A stretch of DNA of 64,000 nt. It comes from an uncultured Pseudomonadota bacterium (GTDB lineage: Bacteria > Pseudomonadota > Gammaproteobacteria > Burkholderiales > SG8-39). The stretch lies in the NCBI GenBank assembly GCA_903834835.1, contig CAILKO010000052.1:90-64089 (forward strand), written 5' to 3'. The notes under the pieces are model-generated. The model was not told the origin of the DNA. It saw only the letters and a program-made list of their open reading frames with translations, and made no database searches. Below, one piece after another: positions 8,588 through 17,508 of the stretch (the stretch's first letter is position 1; the number at the start of each line of letters is the position of its first letter). The translations under genes and the position numbers were made by a program.

Positions 8588-11500
8588 TCAAGCAGAACGT
8601 ATCGCAGGTGCTTTATCTGCCATATCTACCGATTGCCCGTTCGCCAATGTGGTGAGCGCGCGAGCCAATCCTTGCGGCTCGCGGCAGACGAGAAAATCCC
8701 ACTGCCCGAGCCTGCCCCAATGATTCACAGCCGCAACCCAGCGCTTGGCGGCCTGATGCTTGGCATCAGTATCCTCGAACTGCTTTCCTTTAATTTCGAG
8801 AACGACGTTGAGCCCGCTTTGTAGGCGAACGATGAAATCAGGCTCATAAACCTGGGGGTTGCCATACAGCTCGTATGGGATGTTGAATTCGAGTCTGTCG
8901 TTTCTAGCATACGAAAGTACCGCGCCTTCCTTCGCAAGCTTTTCGAGCTGGAACGCGGCGGCCTGCTCCCAAGATCCGGTGTCGCAAGCAATCAAGTTCA
9001 AGTGACTTGCGCCAGTCATTTGCACGGGCTTCACCGTCTTAAAGTGAACGCTCTCGGTGCTGCCCACCGGCCGATACCGATTCAGTCGCGGCAACAAGGG
9101 TGCTTCACCGCGCTCGTCATCGGGTGTGATAGCAGCGAGCAGCAGCCCGATAATCCGTTGGGCATAGGTCTGTAGGCCGATCTCGCAAGGATCGCACCCA
9201 GCGAGATCGATGCGTGTTGCGACGTACTGTTTCACAATCGCGAGGACCTGCGGAAATAGCAACGCCCTGCCCTGCTGCCGGAGCTTCTCCTTGCCCGGAA
9301 TCGCTGCTTCCGTCAGCGCGCGCACGACTTCCTTCGCCAGCTCGAACTCGATGGTCTGCGGGTGCACGGAGTCGTAATACGCTTGTCGATCTACCAGATC
9401 GAAACCGAATCCGGTCTGGGCGCCCGGGTGTCCGACTTGGTACCCCACCTGCGGGCGTACGAACGCCGCAGTCGGCGTCGTCCATGGATCGAGGGTTGTT
9501 TTCTCGACTTTTGAGACGTCGCATTTCACGAGGTTCCGCTTGAGGTCGACAACGTAGCCCTCGACCACGGGGAAGCGGATTTCCAGCGCCTTGCGCTCGG
9601 GCAATGCCATGACTTCGTGCTTGGGCCTGTCTTCGGGCTCTGCACCCTTTCCGGGTTCGCGCCCCTTGAACGGGATCAGCGAGAACGGCACGCCGAAAAT
9701 ATCGACGTACTCCGCAGTCAGAAGTCCCGTCTGCGGGTCCGGGGTATAGTCCATGCGCCTCAGCCCGCGGCCCACCACCTGCTCACAGAGCAATTGGCTA
9801 TGGAAAGCGCGCAAGCCGAGAATGTGCGTCACGTTATTCGCGTCCCAGCCTTCACTCAACATGTTGACGCTGACCACGCAGCGGATATCCGCTCCGGCCT
9901 CGCCCGGGCGGCCTACGGTCGCGACGATCTTCCGCAGGTCTTCAGCGGCCTCCTTCCTTGTGGCGATGGGGTCTTCGCTTTCCGCCGCGGCAAGCAGGTT
10001 GGAATCAATGCGCAGCGTGACTTCAGCACCCTTGCGGTTCCACAGTCCCGGGAATCCCGTCAATCCCGAGCCGTATCGTTTCTGCGCCTTGGCTTTCTTC
10101 TTCCGTCGCTTTGGAGTCTCTTCGTCATCGTCGTCATCCTCGTCGTTCGTCTCCACGTCAACAAATTCTTCGCCGGAGATTTCTCGATAAAACTCCTTGG
10201 CAATGTCGGTGTTATCGCAGACGATGATCATCACCGGCGGTGTCCTGTCTTGCCCGGGCGCGGACGATTCGACCTGCTCGAGCTTCTGCTTCCATTCACC
10301 CGCGAGCGTTATCAACGCATCCTGCGCTTTGCGATAGACGACAGCCGGCTTGGGCTTCCCGCCGGTGAGCTTCTCGCCGGCCTTCAGATCGCGAGTGATG
10401 TGCTCCCAAAGTTTGAAGTACTTGGGATCCGGGCGGCCGGTGTTATCCATCGCCGGCAGGCGCGGAATTTTCGTAATGCCGCTTTCAATCGCATCAACCA
10501 AGGAGAAGTCGCTCACGATCCACGGGAACGGCGAACCCTCCGGATATCCGCTGCCGTGAATGTAGAAAGGGGTAGCCGACAGGTCCACACAAAGGCCGAT
10601 GCCGCACGCTGCATTGATTTTGTCCAGCCCGCTGACCCAAACGGTCGCCTCCTCGCGATCAGCCTTCTCGTCGGCAGTCAGCTTCGCGTCGGCGCCCACG
10701 GGGGCAGGGCGGTACGCGTGGTGGCCTTCGTCGTTCAGCACCAACAAGGGCTCGTCGTCCCATAGTTCGCCGAGGCGGTTGCGCGCGAAGGCTTCCGGGC
10801 TTTCTGCACCAAGCTTCACAATGGGCGCCCCGCCTACGTTCTGCACTTCCGCTTCCGGCGCCAGCCAGTGCCAGTTGGTCACCAGAACCTTTCCCTTTGC
10901 CAGTTCCGGCCGTAGCGCAGTGGGTACGATGTCGAAAAGTTCGTAGTAGTTGTTCGGATGACCGGGCCGCAGGACGGCGAGACGTTCCTTGATCGTGAGG
11001 TTCGGGCACACCACGAGCGTCCGACGCGGGAAGCGGGGGTCTCCCGGCTTCGTGCCACGATTGCAGAATGCCCACGCAATCAGCATCGCCATGACAACGG
11101 TCTTGCCGCTGCCAGTCGCCATTTTGCAAGCGTAGCGTGCAATCGCCTTTCCGCCATCCTCGTTCGGAATGTCGGCGAGCTTTGGATGCTGCGCGACCCT
11201 CGGATTCCACTCGTCCGGCCGCGGATTACGCCCTTGAGCGAGCGCGTTGAAATCCCCCAGTGTCAGCTTCGGCGTCCAGCGTGGCTTCCTACCGACGGCG
11301 AGAATTTCACGCAGATAGATGATGGTCTCTACCGCCTCTACCTGGCAGAAGAACAGCCGGCGCAGGCGATCCTCGCGCCACCAGTGGCGCAGGAGCTTCT
11401 TGGTCGTCTCGCTCGCGTTCTCCCAGCCCGAATCGCGCCAGCGCCGCACGTCCTCGCGTAACGCATTGACCAGCGGCAGGTCGTCACGCTCTTCCTCGGC

Positions 11501-11695
11501 CATGAACGACATCTGTTGCTGCGCAGTGCCGCTTCGCTCGCTCTTGAACCAGTAGCTCGCGGGGCGCCGGCCCGGCGTCCTGGACGGAATGCCAGTGCGC
11601 GTGTCATACAGCCAATGTTGATCGGGCTCTTCGTACGGCGAGCACAGGATCGGATTCTCGACCGGCTGAATCGGGATGGATAGCTGTTGCGCCAT
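8588..11695 (-). CDS. Type III-like restriction enzyme Res subunit (SF2 helicase plus PD-(D/E)xK nuclease)
   Basis: KMATGSGKT, NDEGHH, DLSATP, SEGWDA, QVVGRGLRR and C-terminal PDF...LEIKG. Starts 4 bp after the Mod stop. Confidence 0.88.
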   Translation of the reverse strand: MAQQLSIPIQPVENPILCSPYEEPDQHWLYDTRTGIPSRTPGRRPASYWFKSERSGTAQQQMSFMAEEERDDLPLVNALREDVRRWRDSGWENASETTKKLLRHWWREDRLRRLFFCQVEAVETIIYLREILAVGRKPRWTPKLTLGDFNALAQGRNPRPDEWNPRVAQHPKLADIPNEDGGKAIARYACKMATGSGKTVVMAMLIAWAFCNRGTKPGDPRFPRRTLVVCPNLTIKERLAVLRPGHPNNYYELFDIVPTALRPELAKGKVLVTNWHWLAPEAEVQNVGGAPIVKLGAESPEAFARNRLGELWDDEPLLVLNDEGHHAYRPAPVGADAKLTADEKADREEATVWVSGLDKINAACGIGLCVDLSATPFYIHGSGYPEGSPFPWIVSDFSLVDAIESGITKIPRLPAMDNTGRPDPKYFKLWEHITRDLKAGEKLTGGKPKPAVVYRKAQDALITLAGEWKQKLEQVESSAPGQDRTPPVMIIVCDNTDIAKEFYREISGEEFVDVETNDEDDDDDEETPKRRKKKAKAQKRYGSGLTGFPGLWNRKGAEVTLRIDSNLLAAAESEDPIATRKEAAEDLRKIVATVGRPGEAGADIRCVVSVNMLSEGWDANNVTHILGLRAFHSQLLCEQVVGRGLRRMDYTPDPQTGLLTAEYVDIFGVPFSLIPFKGREPGKGAEPEDRPKHEVMALPERKALEIRFPVVEGYVVDLKRNLVKCDVSKVEKTTLDPWTTPTAAFVRPQVGYQVGHPGAQTGFGFDLVDRQAYYDSVHPQTIEFELAKEVVRALTEAAIPGKEKLRQQGRALLFPQVLAIVKQYVATRIDLAGCDPCEIGLQTYAQRIIGLLLAAITPDDERGEAPLLPRLNRYRPVGSTESVHFKTVKPVQMTGASHLNLIACDTGSWEQAAAFQLEKLAKEGAVLSYARNDRLEFNIPYELYGNPQVYEPDFIVRLQSGLNVVLEIKGKQFEDTDAKHQAAKRWVAAVNHWGRLGQWDFLVCREPQGLARALTTLANGQSVDMADKAPAIRSA

Positions 11696-11699
11696 GACT

Positions 11700-14600
11700 T
11701 CAGTACCGACCCGACATCTGAAGCACGCGCATGCCCTCGTTACCACGTGGATCGATCACCTTAACGGCGACACGCCACGGATCATCCTTGGCGAGCCGCT
11801 CGGGGCGTGGAAAGCCGAGGCTGGTGAGCCCGCTCAGTGACTCGAAGGCATCTTCCTCGACCACCCCGGCATCACCAAGTGCCTTGGCAAGTCTCGCCCA
11901 TTTGCTCTTGTCGGGAAAGAACGCCTGGCAAATACAGAACGTCCGCCCGTCGTAGTCCGTATCCAAGAACCAGGCCGCGATGCGATCCTTGTCCGTAGGG
12001 AAGAGCGTGTTGCTGACCGGGTCGTATACGTCCATGCCTTCGACCTCGATCACGAATTCGCCGTCGGGCGTCTTGGCCGGCGCCTTCACGCGCGGCGCGC
12101 TGAACACCGTGAAGAGCTGGCTGCCGGGCTGAGTCTTCAACAGATCGCCCATCGCCACGTCCGGGCGTATCAGCGCCATGTGCAGCCGCAGTTTGGGATG
12201 GCTGCCGCTTTCGATTGCGTCTTGCGCCGCGGCGTCGAAGCCGAAGCCCGCGAACACCACGTCGTCGTAGCCCTTGCGATTGGCGTCGCGGATCACCTCC
12301 TCCACCTGCATGGCCGACACGTTGCCGATTTCCGGACCCACGCTCACGGCAACGCGCCGCTCCTTGCCATCGCCGTTCATCCACTCGCCCTCGGCGTGAA
12401 TCAAAGAGGCACTGGTCATCGGGTCAAGCCGGCTGAACTTCATGTTCCGGTTGCCGTGGAAGTCCACGCCGCTCGCCCTCAGCAGCCGCAGGATCTTGTC
12501 GAGATGGGCCTCGGCATTGGCCACCGCCGCGTCGCCATCGAAGGTGTCCAGCGACTCCGGAGCCCCGCCGATGGGTGTGTCAGGGCCATCCTCCACCGCG
12601 ATCACGCCTTCCATGGTGAACGGCCCAGTTACGCGCACCACGCCCTTCACGATCTCCGGCTTGTCCACCAGCTCTTCCATTCCCGCGTTCGCGGCAATGC
12701 AGGCATTGACCTCGTCCATCTTTGCACGCCATGCGGTGCGATAGGCAGTCAGCGTTTCCTGCAAGGGCTTTGGCCAGTCGGGATCAGTGTCGAAGGGGAC
12801 TTCCCACTCCATCCATTCGTGCTTCGGAATTGCGCCACGGTATGACTCGACCTGCTTGGGCGTCAGCCCCTTCAGCGGTGAGCGTGCAGGCATGGTCTTG
12901 ATCAGCCCGGGCTGCGTTCCCGGCAGCAACCAACGACGGGTATCGGCATCGGTTACGGCATTTGCACCCTGTTCGCGGTGCTTGCTGATCAGTTTTGCAA
13001 CCAACTTTTCCTTCGACGGTGCCCCAACCTTAGCGACTTCGCGATTCAGCTTTCCTAGTCTCTCAGCGAGGAGTGGTTCGTGCTTTGCAAAGATAGGGTC
13101 GAGGGATGTATTTCGAGAAATACTGCTCAGCTTAATATGCGGGACCGTCTTACATTGAAATGTCAACTGGCGCCCAGTCGGCCTGCCTTCCTCATTGAGT
13201 TCGGCTATCCAGGTACCGCGAGGATTCCGCTCTACATCTTCGGGGCCAAGCTCACGTAAACGGTGAAAATCGAACTTCGCCGTCAAAAGCCTATGTTTAG
13301 CGAGTGCGAGTGCAACTCGACTGGAGTCACAGGTGATCCAGCGCCGGCCCCATTGCTCCGCAACGAATGCTGATGTTCCACTTCCACATGTTGGATCGAG
13401 CACGAGATCGCCTGGATCAGTACACATCAAAAGGCATCGTTCGATAACGCGATGAGATGTCTGAACAACATAGACTCTATCTAGCGCGCCCCTAACGTCC
13501 ATCCATACGCTGTTGATTTCTGTAACAGGAAAATCCTTCATGTAACGCCGAAAAATTCTGTGCCCGTCACGCACTTCTATGCGACCGGCATTGCAGAGTC
13601 GAATCATTCCGTCAATGCTTGTTTTCCAGTTCTTGTCACTCGAAATCTTGAACGTAAAACCCTTCCATTCGAACGGGACGGATGTGTACTGCCGAAATCC
13701 ATCGGATACGACTGACGCGGTTGAATAAATAGCCCCACCTGGAGGTGCTTCTATTGCGCCAGAAAGTTCATTGTCCGTTAGAGGGCGGGATGATCCGTCC
13801 GGCATCTCTACATTGGTGTATTCGGTTGAACCACCAGTGGCCAATTCTTTCTCCGCATAGAGTTGGCGGTATTTCATCTTCGATGCATCTTTTGCGTACC
13901 AAAGGATAAAATCGACAGTCGTACTTAGAGTGTCTTTTGTCGCGCCCCCTGTTTTGCGGAAGGCGATAATGCAGACTTTATTTTCAGCCCCGAATATTTC
14001 ATCCAGTAGCGAGGTAACTCGATGCAGATTTTCATCGCTAATCTGGACAAAGATGCTGCCAACATCAGCAAGTAACTCTCTGGCAATCGTTAGGCGATCC
14101 CGTAGGTAGGCAAGGTACGAGTGGATACCAAGCGTCCAAGTGTCTCGGTAGGCTTTGACCATCTCAGGCTCGCGGGTAAGGTCCTGTTCACGGTCTTTCA
14201 CCTCGCGCTGCCCGAGCTGCGGCTGGAAATTGGAGCCGAACCGGATGCCATAGGGCGGGTCGAGGTAGATCATCTGCACTCGACCCGCTAGGTCCTCGCG
14301 CCGCGCGAGGCTCGCCATCACTTGCAGCGAATCCCCGAGAATCATCCTGTTCGCCCAGTCCACGTCGTGCTGGTAGAACTGCACGGCCTTGGCGTATTCG
14401 TGCTGCGGATCGGCGAAGAGATCGCGTTCCACATCCTCGCGCGCAAGTACGCGCAGAATCGCCTGTGTGGAGACGCGCTCGTGCATGTGCAGTGCGACCG
14501 GCTCGACTTCGAACCACGGTTTCTCGCGCTTGCCGCTCCATTCCAGCCACGGTTCGTGCCGGCGCAGTGCCTCGGCCAGCAGATTGGCTTCGTCCGCAGA

Positions 14601-14852
14601 CAACGCCCGCTGGCGGGCGGTTGCAAGCAGCTCGGGCAGCCGGTCCGCGCCGATCGCATCTGCTGCAGAGCGCAGCACCGGGGGCAGGTGCGGGTTGTAT
14701 TCGTAGCGGATCTTCGGCGCTTCCTGAATCCGCCCTTGCGCCTCCAGGCCGGCGGGCGGGATGTTTTTGCGCTTGGCCGTGTGCTTGATCGCAGTGACAG
14801 CGCTGTCCGTCGTCACATTCGCCTTGTTAGCTTTCTTACTGGCTTTTGGCAT
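11700..14852 (-). CDS. Type III-like Mod subunit, amino-DNA methyltransferase (beta order)
   Basis: 1050 aa. Motif IV IYLDPPY precedes motif I LDPTCGSGT, with a lower-GC target-recognition segment between them. Confidence 0.9.
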   Translation of the reverse strand: MPKASKKANKANVTTDSAVTAIKHTAKRKNIPPAGLEAQGRIQEAPKIRYEYNPHLPPVLRSAADAIGADRLPELLATARQRALSADEANLLAEALRRHEPWLEWSGKREKPWFEVEPVALHMHERVSTQAILRVLAREDVERDLFADPQHEYAKAVQFYQHDVDWANRMILGDSLQVMASLARREDLAGRVQMIYLDPPYGIRFGSNFQPQLGQREVKDREQDLTREPEMVKAYRDTWTLGIHSYLAYLRDRLTIARELLADVGSIFVQISDENLHRVTSLLDEIFGAENKVCIIAFRKTGGATKDTLSTTVDFILWYAKDASKMKYRQLYAEKELATGGSTEYTNVEMPDGSSRPLTDNELSGAIEAPPGGAIYSTASVVSDGFRQYTSVPFEWKGFTFKISSDKNWKTSIDGMIRLCNAGRIEVRDGHRIFRRYMKDFPVTEINSVWMDVRGALDRVYVVQTSHRVIERCLLMCTDPGDLVLDPTCGSGTSAFVAEQWGRRWITCDSSRVALALAKHRLLTAKFDFHRLRELGPEDVERNPRGTWIAELNEEGRPTGRQLTFQCKTVPHIKLSSISRNTSLDPIFAKHEPLLAERLGKLNREVAKVGAPSKEKLVAKLISKHREQGANAVTDADTRRWLLPGTQPGLIKTMPARSPLKGLTPKQVESYRGAIPKHEWMEWEVPFDTDPDWPKPLQETLTAYRTAWRAKMDEVNACIAANAGMEELVDKPEIVKGVVRVTGPFTMEGVIAVEDGPDTPIGGAPESLDTFDGDAAVANAEAHLDKILRLLRASGVDFHGNRNMKFSRLDPMTSASLIHAEGEWMNGDGKERRVAVSVGPEIGNVSAMQVEEVIRDANRKGYDDVVFAGFGFDAAAQDAIESGSHPKLRLHMALIRPDVAMGDLLKTQPGSQLFTVFSAPRVKAPAKTPDGEFVIEVEGMDVYDPVSNTLFPTDKDRIAAWFLDTDYDGRTFCICQAFFPDKSKWARLAKALGDAGVVEEDAFESLSGLTSLGFPRPERLAKDDPWRVAVKVIDPRGNEGMRVLQMSGRY

Positions 14853-15102
14853 CGAGGATCACTCTGATTTAGAACGTGGATTCTGGCGCGAAGGGTGTGT
14901 GCGCTGGTGCGGACATCATCTAAGTGCAACGCATGCCTGGAAGCACCCGCCCCCGTTTACAAGCAAAAGGGAATTCTCCCGGGACCCGAGTGTGCAAAGA
15001 CCCTGCCCTTAAAGCAAGCATTCCTGCGATTCTCCGACGTGGGGAAAGCTTGACGCCACTCCGCCACCCCCAGAGGAAGAAAATCGCCCCATACCCGTCT
15101 AG

Positions 15103-15124
15103 GTAGTAACATTTACGTTACCAT
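15103..15124 (-). repeat. 22-bp palindromic site copy 3, inverted orientation (minus strand ATGGTAAC-GTAAAT-GTTACTAC)
   Basis: The plus strand reads GTAGTAAC-ATTTAC-GTTACCAT, so the spacer is reversed relative to the other five copies. Located upstream of mod. Confidence 0.8.
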
Positions 15125-15172
15125 CTATCCCACCACCCACCCACCCTCCCCCGCATCCGCTATCCTCCCCCC

Positions 15173-15382
15173 ATGCCCCCCGACCACACCCTCCCGACCC
15201 GCGCCCTCCCCCCGGGGAATTTGAAGACCTACTCGACGGGCAAGCCCTGGGACTGCCGCACCTGCACGCATTCGATCGGGCACGGGCCGAGTCATCTGTG
15301 GTGCGAGTTTCACAAGGTGGTGGTGATCAACCCCTGCGCGCGCTGGGAGCGCGGGGCGGGTTGCGACACGCCGGAGGGCTGA
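15173..15382 (+). CDS. Small Cys/His-rich hypothetical protein
   Basis: 69 aa with CxxC...C..H...C..WE..C. A TATCCT -10-like box lies 6 nt before the ATG, and the stop is 5 nt before the nuclease start. Confidence 0.55.
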   Translation: MPPDHTLPTRALPPGNLKTYSTGKPWDCRTCTHSIGHGPSHLWCEFHKVVVINPCARWERGAGCDTPEG

Positions 15383-15510
15383 GGCGCATGGCGAAGAAGC
15401 TCTACACCCCGGGCCAGGCGCAGCCTTTCGCGCTCAGCCGCTCGAAGGTGGAGCTGCATGTGGACTGCCCGCGCTGTTTCTATCTGGACCGGCGCCTGGG
15501 CATCGCGCGC
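15348..15510 (+). repeat. 163-bp direct repeat, copy A
   Basis: Identical to 16373-16535 except one base (ATG at 15388 versus GTG at 16413). Confidence 0.95.
15388..15510 (+). pseudogene. Duplicated 5' fragment (41 codons) of the PD-(D/E)xK nuclease gene
   Basis: MAKKLYTPGQ...DRRLGIAR, then diverges from the intact copy at 16413. Confidence 0.85.
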
Positions 15511-15535
15511 GGGAAGCGCAGCTCAGCGGGTCATT

Positions 15536-15775
15536 TCAACGCCCGCTCCGCGCAGGCGCCTTGTCGAGCCGGTCGATCTTGTCGAGCAGCGCAAGGCCGG
15601 TCTTGGGCCTGCCACGGGCAGCGCGGATCCTGAAGCGCGTTTCGGCGTCGAACTCCGCGAGCGCCGCTGCCGACAGCTCCTCGATCAGCTTGTTGACGCT
15701 GACGCTCTTCGCGCGGGCGAGCTGCTTCAGCCGCTCGTGCGTGGCATCCGGCACCCTGATGGTCAATGTACCCAT
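15536..15775 (-). CDS. Ribbon-helix-helix antitoxin (partner of the PIN toxin)
   Basis: 79 aa with the RHH pattern MGTLTIRVPDATHERLKQLARAKSVSVNKLIEE. Begins 1 bp downstream of the PIN gene. Confidence 0.8.
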   Translation of the reverse strand: MGTLTIRVPDATHERLKQLARAKSVSVNKLIEELSAAALAEFDAETRFRIRAARGRPKTGLALLDKIDRLDKAPARSGR

Positions 15776-15776
15776 G

Positions 15777-16208
15777 TCATGACTCCTTCGTGATGTCCTC
15801 CGGCCGCAGCACTTCCAGCCGGTCGAATCGCAACTGCATTCCCCTGAAATCCCGCACGTTCCGCGTCAGCAGCAGCTCCGCGCCGCCCGCCACCGCGAGC
15901 TCGACGAGATGGTTGTCCGCCTCATCGCGCACGTTCGGACGCCAGAGATAGTAAACCCGCGTCCAGCTGCAGACCGAGAGGAATGCGTCGAAGAGCCGCT
16001 CGCGTTCCCGCGCTGGAACAAGGCTCTTGCTGAACAGCGCTTCGCGCGACAGCACATCCTCGTATTCGGTGAACAGTGCGGCACCCATGAGCGGAACGAA
16101 TTCCCCTCGCAGGCAGCGGCGCAGTACTTCCCTGCTCGCGCCCCCGGCATTCAGGAGCGCCGACACGAAAACGCTCGTATCGACCACGACGATCCGCTTC
16201 GTCTGCAT
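15777..16208 (-). CDS. PIN-domain toxin
   Basis: 143 aa with the PIN acidic motifs VVVDTSVFVSAL, EYEDVL, RDEADNHLVELA and LTRNVRDF. Confidence 0.88.
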   Translation of the reverse strand: MQTKRIVVVDTSVFVSALLNAGGASREVLRRCLRGEFVPLMGAALFTEYEDVLSREALFSKSLVPARERERLFDAFLSVCSWTRVYYLWRPNVRDEADNHLVELAVAGGAELLLTRNVRDFRGMQLRFDRLEVLRPEDITKES

Positions 16209-16372
16209 GGCTTGATGATAGCACCGATGCTGTCTCGCGCTGCAAAGGCCGTCTCAGTGCGGGGCTCACCCGCCGAGCCACCCCATCCTCTATCATCCGG
16301 CCATGCCGACTTCCGAAAAGCCCATCGCCCAGCGCACGCGCGCGCCATCCCGCTATCCCTGCCCCACGGACA

Positions 16373-16535
16373 AGCGCGGGGCGGGTTGCGACACGCCGGA
16401 GGGCTGAGGCGCGTGGCGAAGAAGCTCTACACCCCGGGCCAGGCGCAGCCTTTCGCGCTCAGCCGCTCGAAGGTGGAGCTGCATGTGGACTGCCCGCGCT
16501 GTTTCTATCTGGACCGGCGCCTGGGCATCGCGCGC
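16373..16535 (+). repeat. 163-bp direct repeat, copy B
   Basis: Matches 15348-15510 at an offset of 1025 bp. Confidence 0.95.
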
Positions 16536-17138
16536 CCGCCGGGCTTCCCGTTCAATCTGAATTCGGCGGTGGATGCGCTCTTGAAGAAGGAGTTCGATCT
16601 GTGCCGGGCGCGCGGCGAGCCCCACCCCTACATGCAGGAGGCGGGCGTCCGCGCGGTGCCGCATCCGCACCCGCAGCTCGATACCTGGCGCGCGAATTTC
16701 ACCGGCATCCGCACCCGCCATGCGGCGAGCGGTTTCGAGCTCTTCGGGGCGATCGACGATCTGTGGCGCGATCTGGAGACGGGCGAGCTGATCGTGGTGG
16801 ACTACAAGGCCACCTCGAAGGATGCGGAGGTCACGCTCGATGCCGACTGGCAGGACGGCTACCGGCGCCAGATGGCCTTCTACCAGTGGCTGCTGCGCGC
16901 GAACGGCTACACGGTGGCCAGACGCGGCTGGTTCGTCTACTGTAACGGCCGGCGCGATCTGGATCGCTTCGACAAGCGGCTGGAATTCCGCGTGACGCTG
17001 ATCCCGCACGAGGCGGACGACAGCTGGATCGAACCGGAACTGCTCGCGATCCGCAAGACCCTGGATGCCGACACCCCGCCCGCCCCGACTCTCGGATGCG
17101 AGTACTGCGAATTCGCGGCAAAGGCGGCGCGCGCCTGA
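16413..17138 (+). CDS. PD-(D/E)xK nuclease, Cas4/AddB-like, with four cysteines
   Basis: GTG start. Motifs LSRSK...CPRCFY, GAIDD, VDYK, QMAFY and C-terminal CEYC. Confidence 0.82.
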   Translation: MAKKLYTPGQAQPFALSRSKVELHVDCPRCFYLDRRLGIARPPGFPFNLNSAVDALLKKEFDLCRARGEPHPYMQEAGVRAVPHPHPQLDTWRANFTGIRTRHAASGFELFGAIDDLWRDLETGELIVVDYKATSKDAEVTLDADWQDGYRRQMAFYQWLLRANGYTVARRGWFVYCNGRRDLDRFDKRLEFRVTLIPHEADDSWIEPELLAIRKTLDADTPPAPTLGCEYCEFAAKAARA

Positions 17139-17158
17139 GGGGGCCTGCAGGCGGGCCG

Positions 17159-17419
17159 CTAGCCGGCGCGCACGGCCTTGGCCCGCGGCCGGGCGGACCG
17201 GGCGGGCAGCCCGCGCGCGGTCTGACCCGCCTTGAGCACCACCCGTAGCGCGTCGTTGACCGAAGCGGAGTCCGGAAATGCTTTCGCGACATCGGGCTCC
17301 AGGACGGCGACATTCGCACCTTCCTTGAGAATCCGACGGTAATACTTGCCACGTACCGCCTTCGAATAGTCGAAGTCGTAGCCCGGGCGCATATCTTCCG
17401 ATGTTGCTTTACGTTTCAT
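17159..17419 (-). CDS. BrnA-like antitoxin
   Basis: MRPGYDFDYSKAVRGKYY...VLEPDVAKAFPDSASVNDALR is typical of antitoxins downstream of BrnT. Overlaps the BrnT remnant. Confidence 0.75.
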   Translation of the reverse strand: MKRKATSEDMRPGYDFDYSKAVRGKYYRRILKEGANVAVLEPDVAKAFPDSASVNDALRVVLKAGQTARGLPARSARPRAKAVRAG

Positions 17420-17507
17420 GATTTCGACGCTCTTTGGCGTTGGCCAGTCTTGCGCTGATGATACGGATGCCGAGTCCCCGCTCTGCGTGGACGACGACAA
17501 CGAGGCG
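17409..17507 (-). pseudogene. 5'-truncated BrnT toxin remnant
   Basis: My translation is RLVVVVHAERGLGIRIISARLANAKERRNHET*, the BrnT C-terminal IRIISAR motif. It has no start and abuts the hicB stop. Confidence 0.8.
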
Positions 17508-17508
17508 C

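Noticed and set aside
16413-17138. Cas4 / CRISPR-Cas call
   Set aside because: No cas1/cas2 genes and no repeat-spacer array in the window; treated as a solo PD-(D/E)xK nuclease.
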